Source of the DNA: Octopus vulgaris
Lineage: Eukaryota
Reading direction: 5' to 3'
Length of the DNA stretch: 64,000 nucleotides
NCBI GenBank assembly: GCA_951406725.2
Contig: OX597819.1
Coordinates: forward strand, 119,226,001-119,290,000
Positions 40,151 to 53,400 of the stretch are shown here, piece after piece; the first letter of the stretch is position 1; each line of letters starts with the position of its first letter. The position numbers were made by a program, and so were the translations under genes. The notes under the pieces are model-generated. The model was not told where the DNA came from. It made no database searches and saw only the letters and a program-made list of their open reading frames with translations.

Positions 40151-40845
40151 CACGTATGTGTGTGTGTGTGTTTATGCGCGTATGTGTGTGTGTTTGTGTG
40201 TGTGTGTTTATTAATCTAAATTTAAAGAAGTACATTCACAGTCAGTTGCTGGATATTTACATTTTAACTTGGGTTTATGTTTTCTATATCTACTTCAGGC
40301 AATAACGTCTTTCCTTATTCGACAAGTGGGCTGAATGTGACAATAATTGACACGAAGCGGGACGCGCCTATAACTGAATACTGAAGGTAATTTTTCGTTA
40401 TGGCTGCCATTCAGAAAGTCCTGCTGGCTGCAAGTTACCCATGATCGATCAATCTATCAATAACCCCGTAGAACATATTTAATTCATATATTTCAGGCCA
40501 TCACTAGCTGACGTTACTTTAATCTAAATTCGTTCAGAAATGTTAAGAACTTTAATGTCAATGCATTAAAAACTACTGCATAGTACTTTTTATAGATTCG
40601 GATACAGTTTGAAATTGACTGTAATTCATTGTGTAATAAAGGACACTGGAGAAAATTAAATGCATTCGATCTTTTACTTGAATTTCGGAGTGGTATCGCC
40701 TACATTAAAATGATCCTGAATGCAAATGATTTCCCTCAACATTACATATGTAAATTTTATTGATTAACCCTTCACATTGGTTCAGTATTTTAAGTGCAAA
40801 GTTCCATCTACATTTAATACGATACTTTGCTGTGGTACAGAGTCG

Positions 40846-41636
40846 AAAGGCGGCGAGCTGGCAGAAACGTTAGCCCGCCTGACGAAACGCTTAGCAGTAT
40901 TTCGTCTGCCGCTACGTTCTGAGTTCAAATTTCGCCGAGGTCGATTTTGACATTCGTCCTTTCGGGGTCGAAAAATTAAGTACCAGTTACACACTGGGGT
41001 CGATATAATCGACTTAATCCGTTCCTCTGTCCTGGTTCGTCACCTCTGTGTTTAGCCCCTTGTGGGTAGTAAAGAAATAGGTATTTCGTCTGCCGCTACA
41101 TTCTGAGTTCAAATTCCGCCGAGGTCAACTTTGCCTGTCATCCTTTCGGGGTCAATTAAATAAGTACCAGTTACGCACTAGGGTCGATATAATCGACTTA
41201 ATCTGTGTGCCTGTCCTTGTTTGTCCCCTCTGTATGTTGCCCCTTGTTGGCTGTAAAGAAATAAGCATTTCGTCTGCCGTTATGTTCTGAGTTCAAATAC
41301 CATCGAGGTGGACTTTGCCTTTCATCCTTCCGGAGTCGATAAGTTAAGTACCAGTTACGCATTGGGGTCGATATAATCGATTTAATCTGTTTGTCTGTCC
41401 TTGTCTGTCCTCTCTGTGTTTATCTCCTTGTGGGTAGTAAAGAAATAGGTATTTCGTCTGCCGGTACGTTCTGAGTTCAAATTCAGCCGAGGTCAACTTT
41501 GCCTTTCATCCTTTCGGGGTCGATTAAATAAGTACCAGTTACGCACTGGGATCGATATAATCGACTTAATCTGTTTGTCTGTCCTTGTTTGTCCTCTCTG
41601 TGTTTAGCCCCTTGTGGGTAGTAAAGAAATAAGTAT
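40846..41636 (+). mobile_element. SINE family C: head plus four tandem ~184-bp units within one 10-bp TSD
   Basis: Units start at (GT)ATTTCGTCTGCCG near 40898, 41081, 41265 and 41449. TACAGAGTCG at 40836-40845 and 41637-41646. Confidence 0.9.
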
Positions 41637-43499
41637 TACAGAGTCGGTTTAGATCAGGAATAAGCTGAAGCACTAGAAAAGAAGCTGCTTCAGTAACAGA
41701 GATCTTATGGAAACGGTGGAGTCTTCGTCAGAGACGCTAATATCTGACGACGTACGTCGAAATGTCACGCAAATACGTTATTGAATTGCATCGATATAAT
41801 TTTGAAGTCAGAAAAAGCTGTGTTCATCTGAATTGAGATTATTATTATTATTTTTATTTTTTATTTTTTGTGACACATATTTGCTAACAATACCTGGTAC
41901 AATTATGTAGAAGTGTTACTTTATATATTTAAAAATAATTTTAAAAGTTTTCTGGGCTGAAGCTATTTTAAATTTAGAACTGGCTTTTCTTGTCGTGCAG
42001 TGACATATGTTTACATTCAGCATTCTTTTATGTGCAGCCGTTCGTAAAGAGAGTTATATTTATTTTGTAAGTTCAACCGCTTTACATTAAAATTACTAAA
42101 AGTAACTGGGGAGAGTCATTTTCTTTTTGTGCCACCGGTAAAATTTCCACTTTTTTCTTATTTTTTATTGTCCTTGTGAGTGTGCTAAATAATAAAGCAT
42201 AAAAAGAAAATGATTCTTCCCAGACACAACAGAATATGCTTCAACACACGAACTTATATAAAGAATCTTGCATACCAAATCCAAAAACGAAATACTAAAA
42301 GTGAATATTACGGAAAGTGGGTTTGGATTCATATTCAGGAAATATCACAAACAAACAATTTTTCTTATTTGTGTGAACCAAACTCTTTAAATCATGAAGT
42401 AAATATCTGGTCGTGGTTTCAGTTTACCACTGTACATATTTCACATTATTTTCTCCGCTAAGAAACCACTGCAAATGAATTATTAAATTCAATTAATAAA
42501 TTTCAATTACCAAAACGCAAAAATTCGGTTCTCAAAACCAGACTTTTACTCAGTTGCATGTTCAGTATTGTTAGTTTAGCATATGTTCTATAAAAACCGA
42601 TATCAAGGTTCTCCTGCAGTTCCGTTATATTTTACCATTGTTTAATTGTCGTCTCTGTTGCATTCCATCCTATATTACCGGATTTATTCACTTTCATAAC
42701 GTCATCCACTTTCGAAAAGAATTTCTCTCAATTAATAGCACCACTTTAAATTTGATCCGATGTAAGTGAAACTCTAGATGGCTGTTAATCACAGTATTGT
42801 ATTTTATTACAGCCTGGAAAATCTATAAACATTAATTTGCTCTAATACTTATGCTAGAATATGTCAAACAATGCCAAATAGAACACAGTGACTTTGCTAA
42901 TATACACACATATACACAATTGTGCATACATTGTTGCGTGTGAGTGTACGATACAAAGTTATACTTTGTCGTTGAATTTAGATTTCAATTGAAATGTTGC
43001 AGAATGTGCGAACCTTTTATGGAAGCGGTGATTTAAATTGACAAACGTAACTAAACTACAAACTGAATTAACAATGTAAGTAAAAGACTGCCTCCAGCAA
43101 TCTCAAATTCGCCAATGAATTCTTAAGAATTTAAATATTTCAAGACAATAATTTCCCTTGGAAGACTAACAAGATGAATGTTAATGGACTATAACAGAGA
43201 ATCTAGCAAGCTTGCAGCAATTACAGACCAAACGCGTCCTAAATGGAGGGTGTATAAGTGAAAATCTTTGCTGGCGTTATATCACATGATTCGATAGCTG
43301 TGTTGATGACAGCCGAAAGCATTGTAGTAATATGCTGAGAAATGTTCAGGTTTCAGGCATTTCGTCTGGTTAGGATATTTATTCAATTATTCGATTATAT
43401 AGTTGCTGAAATATACATTTGGTTATAGTAGAAGTTCTAGTAGTATAGTAACGATGGAGGTAATAGCAGTGGTGATAGTGGTGAATGTGGTAGTGGCCT

Positions 43500-43542
<43 letters not shown>

Positions 43543-43544
43543 CA

Positions 43545-43880
43545 TTCAGTAGTTTTATTTTTATATCGTGCTTTCACTTCACTACCGAGCGCAGCTCTGT
43601 GTGCCTTGGGTATGTGCTGTGATTTGTTGTGATGCTCTGATGGTTATTGTATGGAAAGTGTTCTGCGTAGGATGTGTGCAGTGCCTAGTAGTGCAATTTT
43701 CTGTATGTTATATGTGTTTGTAAGACCTGGTGTTTTTTTATGTATTTGTCTGAATAATTTTTTATCATGCCTATTGCACCTACTACGATAGGAATTGTTT
43801 CTGTTTTTAGATTCCACATTCTAGTTACCTCTAGTTCCAGGTCTTTGTATTTTGAAAATTTCTCCATTTCTTTGAGACAC
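43545..43880 (-). mobile_element. Dong/R4-like (REL endonuclease) LINE 3' end in (TAA)n
   Basis: EKFSKYKDLELEVTRMWNLKTETIPIVVGAIG...LLGTAHILR. Both ends lie in (TAA)n. Confidence 0.85.
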
Positions 43881-43965
43881 ATTATTATTATTATTATTAA
43901 TTATTATCATCATCATCATTATTAATATTATAATCATTATTATTATTGTTGTTGTTGTTGTTATT

Positions 43966-44179
43966 TTCCTTCTTTCTTCGAATTTTCTTCCGTTTCTTGC
44001 CAAGTGTTTCCGTACACTTAGGACAGAGAAGCTCATAGTATGCATTCCAATATTACACACGCAAATTCACAGGTAACATATGTATTTAAAAAATTAATAA
44101 ATAAATAAATTCATGAATGGTTGTTATTTTTACAGCGATGATACTCTTCTCAGTACATGAGTCGTTCCAGTCAAAACAA

Positions 44180-44182
<3 letters not shown>
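43966..44182 (-). mobile_element. 3' end of a different REL-type LINE in the same (TAA)n
   Basis: LVLTGTTHVLRRVSSL* followed by a different 3' UTR. Confidence 0.6.
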
Positions 44183-44237
<55 letters not shown>

Positions 44238-44238
<1 letters not shown>

Positions 44239-44591
44239 TCAGTAGTTTTATTTTTATAGCGTGTTTTCACTTCACTACCGAGCGCAGCTCTGTGTGCCTT
44301 AGGTAGGTGCTGTGATTTGTTGTGATGCTCTGATGGTTATTGTATGGAAAGTGTTCTGCGTAGGATGTGTGCAGTGCCTAGTAGTGCAATTTTCTGTATG
44401 TTATATTTGTTTGTAAGTCCTGATGTTTTTGTTATGTATTTGTCTGAATATATTTTATCATGCCTAATGCACCTACTATGATAGGAATTGTTTCTGTTTT
44501 TAGATTCTACATTCTGGTTACCTCTATTTCCAGGTTTTTGTATTTTGAAAGTTTCTCCATTTCTTTTAGAGACGCGTTGTTATTTGCTGGT
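44238..44591 (-). mobile_element. Second Dong/R4-like 3' end in (TAA)n
   Basis: Highly similar to 43545-43880, with the same 3' terminus AAAACTACTGAA and a different 5' truncation. Confidence 0.85.
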
Positions 44592-44613
44592 ATTACTATT
44601 ATTATTATTATTT

Positions 44614-45320
44614 AAGACGGCGAGCAGGCAAAATGCATACCGGCATATCATCTGATTACACGTTCTGGGTTCAAATCCTACAGAGGTTGATTTTGTCTTT
44701 CATACTTTCGGGGGTTGATAAATCAAGTACCACCGAGGTCGATGTAGTGGACTAGCACCCACCCACCGACATCAGCAATTTCTAGCTTCGTGCCAAATTT
44801 TGAAACCAATATTATTATTATTACTCCAGGCGGTGAGCTGGCAGTATGTTGTCCATTTTTATGTTTGAGGCGGCGAACTGGCAGAATGGTTAGCGCATCG
44901 GTCACAATGCCTAGCGGCATTTCATCTGTTTTTACGTTCTGAGTTCAAATTCCGCCGTAGTCAACGTCACCTTTTATCTTTCCGTGGTCGATGAATTACC
45001 AGTGGAACACTGTGTTCGATACACCTCCGGCATATTTCAGGCATTGTGCCTATAGTAAGAAGGATTGTTATTATTATAAAGAAGTGGATGTAGGACAATT
45101 ATTAGCAAGCCGAACAATCTTCTTACTCGCATTTCTTCCGGCTGTAAGTCTAAGTTCGAATTCTTGTGAGGGCATCTTCCATTTTTATACTCGTCTGGTT
45201 GTGGATATAAGTATTAGTTGTGAATTGGTTTCGATATCATCGACTAATCCACTTGGTCCAAATTGCAGGCCTTGTACCTGCTCTAGACAGAATTACCCAG
45301 AGTTGTCGCTACTGCTGCTG
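44614..45320 (+). mobile_element. Cluster of degenerate SINE family C copies
   Basis: GGCGAGC/GGCGAACTGGCAGAA heads and GTTCAAAT boxes at ~44615, 44828, 44868 and a weak copy ~45130. Confidence 0.65.
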
Positions 45321-45329
45321 TCATCGTTA

Positions 45330-45642
45330 GTTCTTTTTGTTTATGTTATTGTCATCGTTTTTTTATGTTGTTGCTATTCTTCTTCCTCTTTTTTTTCTTC
45401 TACGTCTTTATCCACTTCTCCCTTTACTCCCTCATCTTCTTCTTTTTCTTCTTCTACTTCTTTTTCTTCTTCTACCTCTTCTGCTACGCCATCTTGTGCT
45501 ACGTATTGTTGTTGTGGTTCTCATCCATCATCATCGTCATCATGATCATAATCATAATGATGATCATCATCTTCTTCCACTTCTTCCACTTCTTCTTCTG
45601 CTACGCTTTCTTGTACTACGTCTTGTTGTTGTTCTCATTCAC

Positions 45643-45689
<47 letters not shown>

Positions 45690-45701
45690 CCATCATCATC
45701 A

Positions 45702-45736
<35 letters not shown>

Positions 45737-45947
45737 TTCCTCTTCTTCATTTTCTTCTTTTCTTTTTCTTGTTGATTTTCATCTTTTCTTTTTTTCTTCT
45801 TTTTCTTTATGTTTTTCTTCTACATTTTCTTCATCTTCATCATCTTTTTCCTCGTTATCCACTTCTCTTTTCCTTCTTCTTCTACGTTTTCTTATGCTAC
45901 GTCTTTTTGTTGTTGTTGCTATTGTTATTGTTATTCTTTTTCTTCTT

Positions 45948-45978
<31 letters not shown>

Positions 45979-46250
45979 TTCGTATTCGTATTCGTCTTCT
46001 TCTTCTTCTTCTTCTTCTTCTTCTTCTTCTCCTTCTTTGTTTTCTTCGTTTTCTTCTTCATCATCATCTTCTTTGTTTTCTTCTTCTTCGTCTTCTTCTT
46101 TTTCTCCTTCTTCGACTTCTTTGTTTTCTTGTTCTTGTTCTTCCCAGTCTTCTTCTTCTTCTTCTTCTTCTTCTTCTTCTTCTTCTTCTTCTTCTTCTCC
46201 TTCTTCTTCTTTTTCTCCTTCCTCTTATTCTTTTGTCTCTTCTCCATCTT
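45330..46250. repeat. ~0.9-kb compound (CTT)n/(CAT)n/(GTT)n low-complexity tract
   Basis: Directly visible. Source of the poly-L/F/H/S/K ORFs. Confidence 0.95.
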
Positions 46251-46837
46251 AATCTTAGTAATGGCTGTAATAGCAGTAGAAACTGTAATATTTGTCGTAG
46301 TATCAGTAAAACCTTTTAATCGTAGCAGACGTAGTAATATTGCTGAAGTTGTGTATGTTATACGGAGGAAGGGGATGATAATGGAGTAAGGAAATCGATA
46401 GATGAAACGCATCGTATAGCATTAATATCTACGTTTGTTGTTAATATGTTCACTTCGTTCATCATTATCCCCCCAGGCCCACCCCCACATACCCTTCACC
46501 ATATGATTTAATGACTTTGGGGACATTAACATCAACATAAAGAGGTTGAAATGATGACGGTGATGACGATGTTCATTATGATGAATTTCTTGTTTTTGTT
46601 GTTGTTGATGATGATGATGATGATGCGATCGAGACGGGTGTGAAGATGCTTGGTGGTGATTATATCGAAGGCGACCATGTAAATGGTTCTTTTTGTTCTG
46701 AGTTCAAATCTTGCCGGAGTCAAATCTACATTTCTTTTTTCCTGGCCTATAAAATATAGTACACTTTCAAACTTGGTACTCGTATTCTAATATTGGAAAC
46801 CATTAGAGTTATTATTGAGATTATAATTAAATCAATA

Positions 46838-46990
46838 TTATTTTCTACTGTAGGCAAAAGGCCCGAAAGTTTGGGAGAGGGGGCCAGGAATTTTAACTCA
46901 GAATGAAGACATACGAAATACCTATTTCTTTACTACCCACAAGGGGCTAAGCACAGAGGAGACAAGCAAAGACAGACAGATGGATTAAGT
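46838..46990 (-). mobile_element. SINE family C fragments
   Basis: ACGAAATACCTATTTCTTTACTACCCACAAGGGGCTAA is the reverse complement of the unit junction of the 40846 array. Confidence 0.7.
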
Positions 46991-47112
46991 GAAAAAAAGC
47001 AAAAATAATCCACAATCCTTGTTCGGAACCAGATTAATCACAGAATCTAATCAGTTCGTGCAAGAAATGCTTCTATATTCTGACAGTTACAGAATATAGA
47101 AAGAAGTGTAAA

Positions 47113-47396
47113 ACCGGTGACCGGTAGTAAAGTTTCAGGAAAAATGTCTCGGTAATAAAGTTACAATTTAATCTAGGAATAAAAGTCACAATTAATTTTT
47201 GGTGACCAGTAATAAAGTCACAGGAAAAAAAAGTTACAATCAATTTATAGAATCCGGATAAACCCTCCCTAGGACAAAACCCTCGGTCATCCTAGCCCCT
47301 ACCCGGACAAACCCCGTGTAATTTTTTCTCCTGTAACTATATAATCGTGACTTTTTTCCGGTGACTTTATTATCTGTAACATATTTTTTTACCTGG
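47113..47396. mobile_element. Foldback/MITE-like element with reiterated subterminal motifs
   Basis: GTAATAAAGTCAC/GGAAAAA motifs on the left, GTGACTTTATTA/GTGACTTTTTCC on the right, central GGACAAA(A)CCC repeats. Confidence 0.5.
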
Positions 47397-48288
47397 ATTC
47401 GTAAAAGCAATAACTATATATTTCAACCAAAATATCTCAGTTACGCAGACGTAAGCAGAATTATTATTTAGCCTAAAAATACATCGTGCATATTCAAATA
47501 ATCTTCTTTGTTTAGTGGTACGGAACATTCTTCTGGTATTCTTTTATTCTTTAACATGTTTCAATAATTTGACTGAAATATCAATCCAAGGGTTCTACCA
47601 AACACTTGGATTGATAGAATATTTACAGACTTACACGCATTAGAATAGCAAATGTGGGGGTGTTAAGGCAGGATAAAAGGTGTTAAGGAAAGGATAAAAT
47701 TCCTAACTTCTGGTTAAATGCCTTCCCAGAGAGCCATGGACTACTAACAAAACTTTACAACAATGTTTTGCAACAACCTAGTATGATTCCCTCTTGGATA
47801 GTCTAACATTCCTACTGCTTATTAATTATACATAGCAATATGACATCTGGATTACCTAATCAGCATACACTCAGTATAGCAGCGAAAGTCCTCTTGCAGT
47901 TTCGTGAATGCCATTATATTCTGATTAAATTCAGAGATTTCTTTCAATTTTCTGTCTCGAAACAATAGGCATCAATCAAATACGAATACCTATTCCATCG
48001 CTAATAATGTATGAATTATTTCTAAATTCCAAAACACATCGTTCAGTTCATCAATAATTTTACCATGTAGTTATAAAGAGCGACCCTTAGTTTAAACAGC
48101 TGTGGTGCGAACTGGGAGCAACAGTTGAAACCAACGCTAGTACTAATAGGAATAGTGATAATAACAATGCCAATTCTACTATAATTACAACCATTACCAC
48201 CACTAATACATCTACTACAGCTATTAATAATAGTAGCAATAATACTAATACTACCGCCAATGACAATATTATTATCTTTCTCCCTAGC

Positions 48289-48347
<59 letters not shown>

Positions 48348-50379
48348 GAGATATTAAACTCCGTCTTTGCTCATAGGATGTATTACTGTACTACCACTTA
48401 ATCTCTGATATCTATAGTTTGAATACTCAATCACAACATTCACTTTCTCAACTATTGATTTCAGGTTTGCCTGATTACGTAACTTCAATAATGGCAATCC
48501 TTCCAAGACATTGTGTACAATCTTTGTCTTTATTTATTTGATATGTCATTGCGATACCACTTACTCGCCGTATTTCTTAATATTTGAGATAGTGAAGGCT
48601 TATCTTAAATTCCTTCTGTATATAAAGATGGCATTTATTCTAGTATTTTGATATAAATATTATTCATTACACTTGATCAATAGATTTTAAAATCTGGAAT
48701 TAACTTTTACATTGTGATTGATATCTTTTTGTTTTACGGAGTTCATGATTGACAAGATAGTCCAGCCATCATCGAATAATCGATAATATTTTCATCGACT
48801 TTTGATTTTCAAATCTCAGTTGTCTGGTGCAGGCTGAATCTTTACATCGATACTGTTTTATATTTTCTAGTTTACTTAACCATTTACTCTATCAGGGTGT
48901 TTCGTGTGCTTCACTATAGATATTCATATTGGTTTACAAATCTCAGAAAAATTCGAAAGATGGCATTACGCTATGTGGGAATTGAAGAAAAGTATTTCAA
49001 TATTCTGTCTTGTAAATGTCCATTTCTTAAACTTATTTTTATTGTAATTGTTTATTATGTTGCAACTCAATTTCATGAAGTGCATTATGTTATTTGCTCG
49101 AAACATTGTTGCGCATATCTTCGGATTTCAATATTATACCGAAATTTTATCAATGAAAGCGGATATAATGTCATTACGTAGCAACCATAAGAAAACACAC
49201 GGCAACACAATGTCGAGTCAAAGCCAGAAAGAGGAATTAATCAGGAAATTTGATGCTGCTATGGCAAGGAATAATTATGTATGAAATATTCCTAATAATT
49301 CAGTAAATCTTAACAATCGACAAGGTAATTTTACGGGAAAATAATTTTTTTATTGAGAACCCCTGTTACGCTGGCTTGCCCTAAATATGTATGATGAACT
49401 TTGACTGGTTTAAAATGTCTGCAACAAATTTAAATATTTATGTATATCTAAAAATTATATTGATCTCCTTTACATGAAGGAACAAAACTGTACAGTTATA
49501 CTACATTTTTCCGAAAGGCATCAACTGTTTGCTTAAGGCTTTAGAATTCTTCTCAATTTAAAAGACGTTAATAGAATGTCAAACCCCTTCGATGTTCTAT
49601 GACAATATATCAGCATCTCGACTTGCCAGGAGGAAAACAGTTGATTAACTGAAGATTTTATACTGATGCATGTTTTTTCTTAAAAGTACTTTTTGTCTCC
49701 TGACATTATCTAATAGCCAGCAAGATATATTTCTGATACCATTTTTGTATTTCATTCACTTTGGTGTATTACTTACATTCATCCATTTGTTAGACACCGA
49801 ATTACAAAATAAGAAATAGTGACAGATAGAAGACAGTTATTTCCATAGGGTTTGATCGAATAGCTACATCTGATACAGTACGCACGCCAAGCATATGCAA
49901 AAATGCAATTTGAATGCAAATGCATTGGAGGAATATATATAAAGAGAGAAATAGAAGAGAAAAAACTAGCTGACACAGTAAAGAAGAAGCGACAAAAATC
50001 TGGTCGAGCGGTTGCGAGGGATGAGGATGAAGTGAAGCTTAAAATAGGAGGCGATAAAAGAATACAAAGGGGGTAAAATACCTTGGGAAGGACTGAAAAA
50101 AATATCAAGAAAAAACGTGCACATAGATCCTTCCATTCTCTAGTTTCGTGTTCAAAATTGAAGGCATGTTGCTTCTATTTTTTAAGTGTGCGAATTCATA
50201 GCTGGTAGGGAGACCGGGCATTGGTATATGTATCACCATGTGCAAGGAATAAATCTGAAATATTAGAAAATACATACAAACTCACAACAATGTTACATTA
50301 TTCTTCAATTCACTTATATATATATAACATTTAATGTACAAAGTAAAAGGACCAAGCTAATAAGTTACTAATGGTTTCT

Positions 50380-52560
50380 TGTGAATGCACGTGTAGGCAG
50401 GTTTTTACCTCCAAGCAATTCTCTGGCTCTGGGGAGATGTTCTATTTTATTTGAAAATCAGAACGTTTGTACATGAGAAATATCGGACGGAAATGTGAAG
50501 GATGATACAAAAAGAAAAAGGGCGAATAAAAATGAAAAGAAAAAGAAATGAAAATAAAGGTAATTAGATTTACGTACCATTTCTTTTTCTTTATATTATG
50601 CATACATCATATCGAGCATCTAGCGTTCCAAATCATGCTAATTGTGAGGAAGACCTTAGAACAATGCCAACGAAGTACTACTTAACAGGAATCAGTCAAT
50701 ACTCTTTGTGTGATTTCAAATTTCTCTTCAGTAAGGAAATATTCCGTTTAAAACTTACACCCAGAATGTCATGCTATGAACAAAATAAAGCGGAATATCA
50801 GCTTGGTTACAATTTTCTTTGTGCACGGAACGAATAATACTCGTACTCATAAAGAATTACAAGGACATGAACCACTGCTTTATTAATAACTTGAAATTCA
50901 TCCCTAAAATGAAGTAATATCAACGATTGTGTCAGACCTTAATAGAGTAGAACTAACAACGTATGTTTCTAAGTTGTATCACATATACGAAGCACTTAAA
51001 GACTATTCAGGTGAACTACAGAAATTAGAAATTGATTCCCAAAAAATATTTTGACAAAAGGGTCCCGAAAGTCCTTTATGTTACAAGATAATGTGAATAC
51101 ATGTCAACGGTGCAAGCCATTTACGTAAATCATCTTCCGGGGACTCATTTCAACGACCAAAAGAAACAAAACAAAACAAAAAGATAAATATTTCGAGAGA
51201 GAGGAGCATCCTTAAAAGTCGAAGATGAGAATCTCAAATCGCTTAAATATAGAACTTAAAAACAATGATGAATTCCACTTAGAAATATAAGGCAATTTCC
51301 CATATAAAGAAGTGGAAAGAAAGGGAATACGGTGCAGATACATATTTGCAAAATATTCTGCACGAATCACGGAATAGGGCAACATATCACAAACTGCATG
51401 CACAAAAAGCATATATGAAATACCAAATATGGAGTTTCAAACTTACTTCACATGCCAAATGGGAGCTATTTAATAAACATGTCTGTGCGTTCCTCAACAC
51501 TGCAAAACTACTCAGGGAATAGTGTTGTATAAAATATTGATGAGATGACCATTAACCCAGCAACATCTCTGGTGATATGCTATAGTTCTTTGAAAGACAT
51601 GAAACAATGACCTGGCAAAATCACTACAGATACATTTCGGGAGATTATTGCATGCTCTAAACAGCCAAAATATTGGAAGAAGATTTACAAGCAAAGCCGA
51701 TATTAAACATTACAGGCCAACTCTGAGTTTATACATCAACAAGTGACATGCAACACAGCTGCTTCAGATTGTAGCTCTGTCATTCAGCTACTAAAACTTT
51801 ATGAGACGATAATAACATGAGAGATCAATTATTTAAATATAGTTGTGATATAAATTTGCAAAGGCATTTGAGAAAGTTGATCACCTAACAGTCTGCCGTA
51901 AGCTATGAGAACTCGGAATAGTTTGATAACCAGGGATGTGGTTGTGTTCTATTTTTAACTAGCAGTATCGCCCGGCGTTGCTCAGGTTTGTAAGGGAAAT
52001 AACTATAAAGCATTTTTAGAGAGTTATAGCCAAAAAATAGCAAAAAAATGGAAAACAAATGATGGTAAATTTTTTTTGAGAGTTAAAAAAGGTAGAGTTG
52101 CGTCCCCTAGACGGTCTGTGGTTTGGGTTTCTAATTCTCGACCCCATGTCGAATTTATCGATTTTTTTCAGAACTGGGGGAACTTTTCAAAATTTTCGCT
52201 GCGTTAGTTTTGAATTATGACATTGGGCTATGTGTGTGTCAAGTTTCATCAGAATCGGTTGAAAGCCGTGGTCAGGGTGAGGGTACGAGAAAACAGACAC
52301 ACAGAAACACGCACAGACAAACTGCCGTTTATATAGAGAGAGATGACAGGAAACATACAAGGGCAGCAAACAGTATCGTTTTGTAGATGATATTAATTGG
52401 TAGGAAGAACTGTTCTGAAAGCACTACTTTATTTGATGACCATTTCTCAGACACATCCTTCGTCATATAGCCTGGCGCTCTGTCTCCAGCTACTCTAAGA
52501 AAGACAAATATCAGAAGACGAATCCTAGTCACCACGTCAAGCATCAGGTAAGTAGGTATC
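50380..52560 (+). mobile_element. Highly degenerate CR1/Jockey-like LINE (endonuclease and RT remnants), split by a Helitron
   Basis: SYRASSVPNH..CDFKF resembles the 29850-30100 endonuclease. HYRP-like and FAKAFEKVDH-like (~51857-51885) RT motifs. Confidence 0.6.
51959..52343 (-). mobile_element. Non-autonomous Helitron
   Basis: Minus strand: 5' TCTCTCTCTATATAAAC, 3' CCTGAGCAACGCCGGGCGATACTGCTAG, A/T insertion site. 3' ~100 bp shared with 39680-40078. Confidence 0.88.
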
Positions 52561-52707
52561 AAAAAAAGTAAGAAATACAATAAGTTGAACATACTGGAAA
52601 GAAAGTATCTATTAATAGTTTGGATATGGTTGTGTCTATATAGTTCATGATGTATATATACTTTCAACTTTCAAACCGTACTGCAGTTGTTGGTGTCATT
52701 ATATATC

Positions 52708-53106
52708 AATTGCTTACCAATCACAATGTTCCGGGTTTAGTCCCATTACGTGGAACCTTGGGAAAATGTCTTCTACTATAGCCTCGGGCCGACCAACCCC
52801 TTGTGAGTGGATTTGGTAGGCAGAAACTGAAAGAAGCCTGTCGTATATATATATATAAGATCTCCTACTACTATGTTTTTATTGATGAAATTCACCTCTC
52901 TGTCTTTATATCTACCATCTTTGTAATGTTGGCAAATGGAATAAGTATTAAAATGAACATTGTCAATTTAATTTTAAACAATCCATATGTGGTTGAAGAG
53001 TTCTCTACATTTTAAAACTTATGTAATACTTACATTGGTTAATTAAATGAAGTAGCAAGAAACGATTGTACTACACTACCTTTGGATATCCTTGTTGCTT
53101 ATTTGG

Positions 53107-53160
<54 letters not shown>

Positions 53161-53400
53161 TATATATATATGTGTGTGTGCATGTTTGTGTATCTGTGTT
53201 TGCCCCCCCTCCCCAACATAGCTTGACAACCGATGCTGGTGTGTTTACATCTCCGCAACTTAGCGCTTCGGCAAGATTGACCGATAGAATAAGTACTAGA
53301 CTTACAACGAATGTCCTGGGGTCGATTTGCTTTATTAAAGTCGGTGGTCCAGCATGGCCGCAGTGAAATGACTGAAGCAAATAAAAGAATAAAAGAATAA
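52708..53400 (+). mobile_element. SINE family A head (52708-52845) and tail (53170-53400) separated by ~300 bp
   Basis: Both parts match 34249-34684. The intervening sequence sits in the internal (TA)n. Confidence 0.75.

Noticed and set aside
41724-41770. CTGACGA-CGTACGTC-GAAA-TGTC hammerhead-like string
   Set aside because: Stem II overlaps the core and no stem I or III pairing is evident.
45337-46412. Long ORFs of up to 350 aa
   Set aside because: Translations of trinucleotide microsatellite with no domain content.
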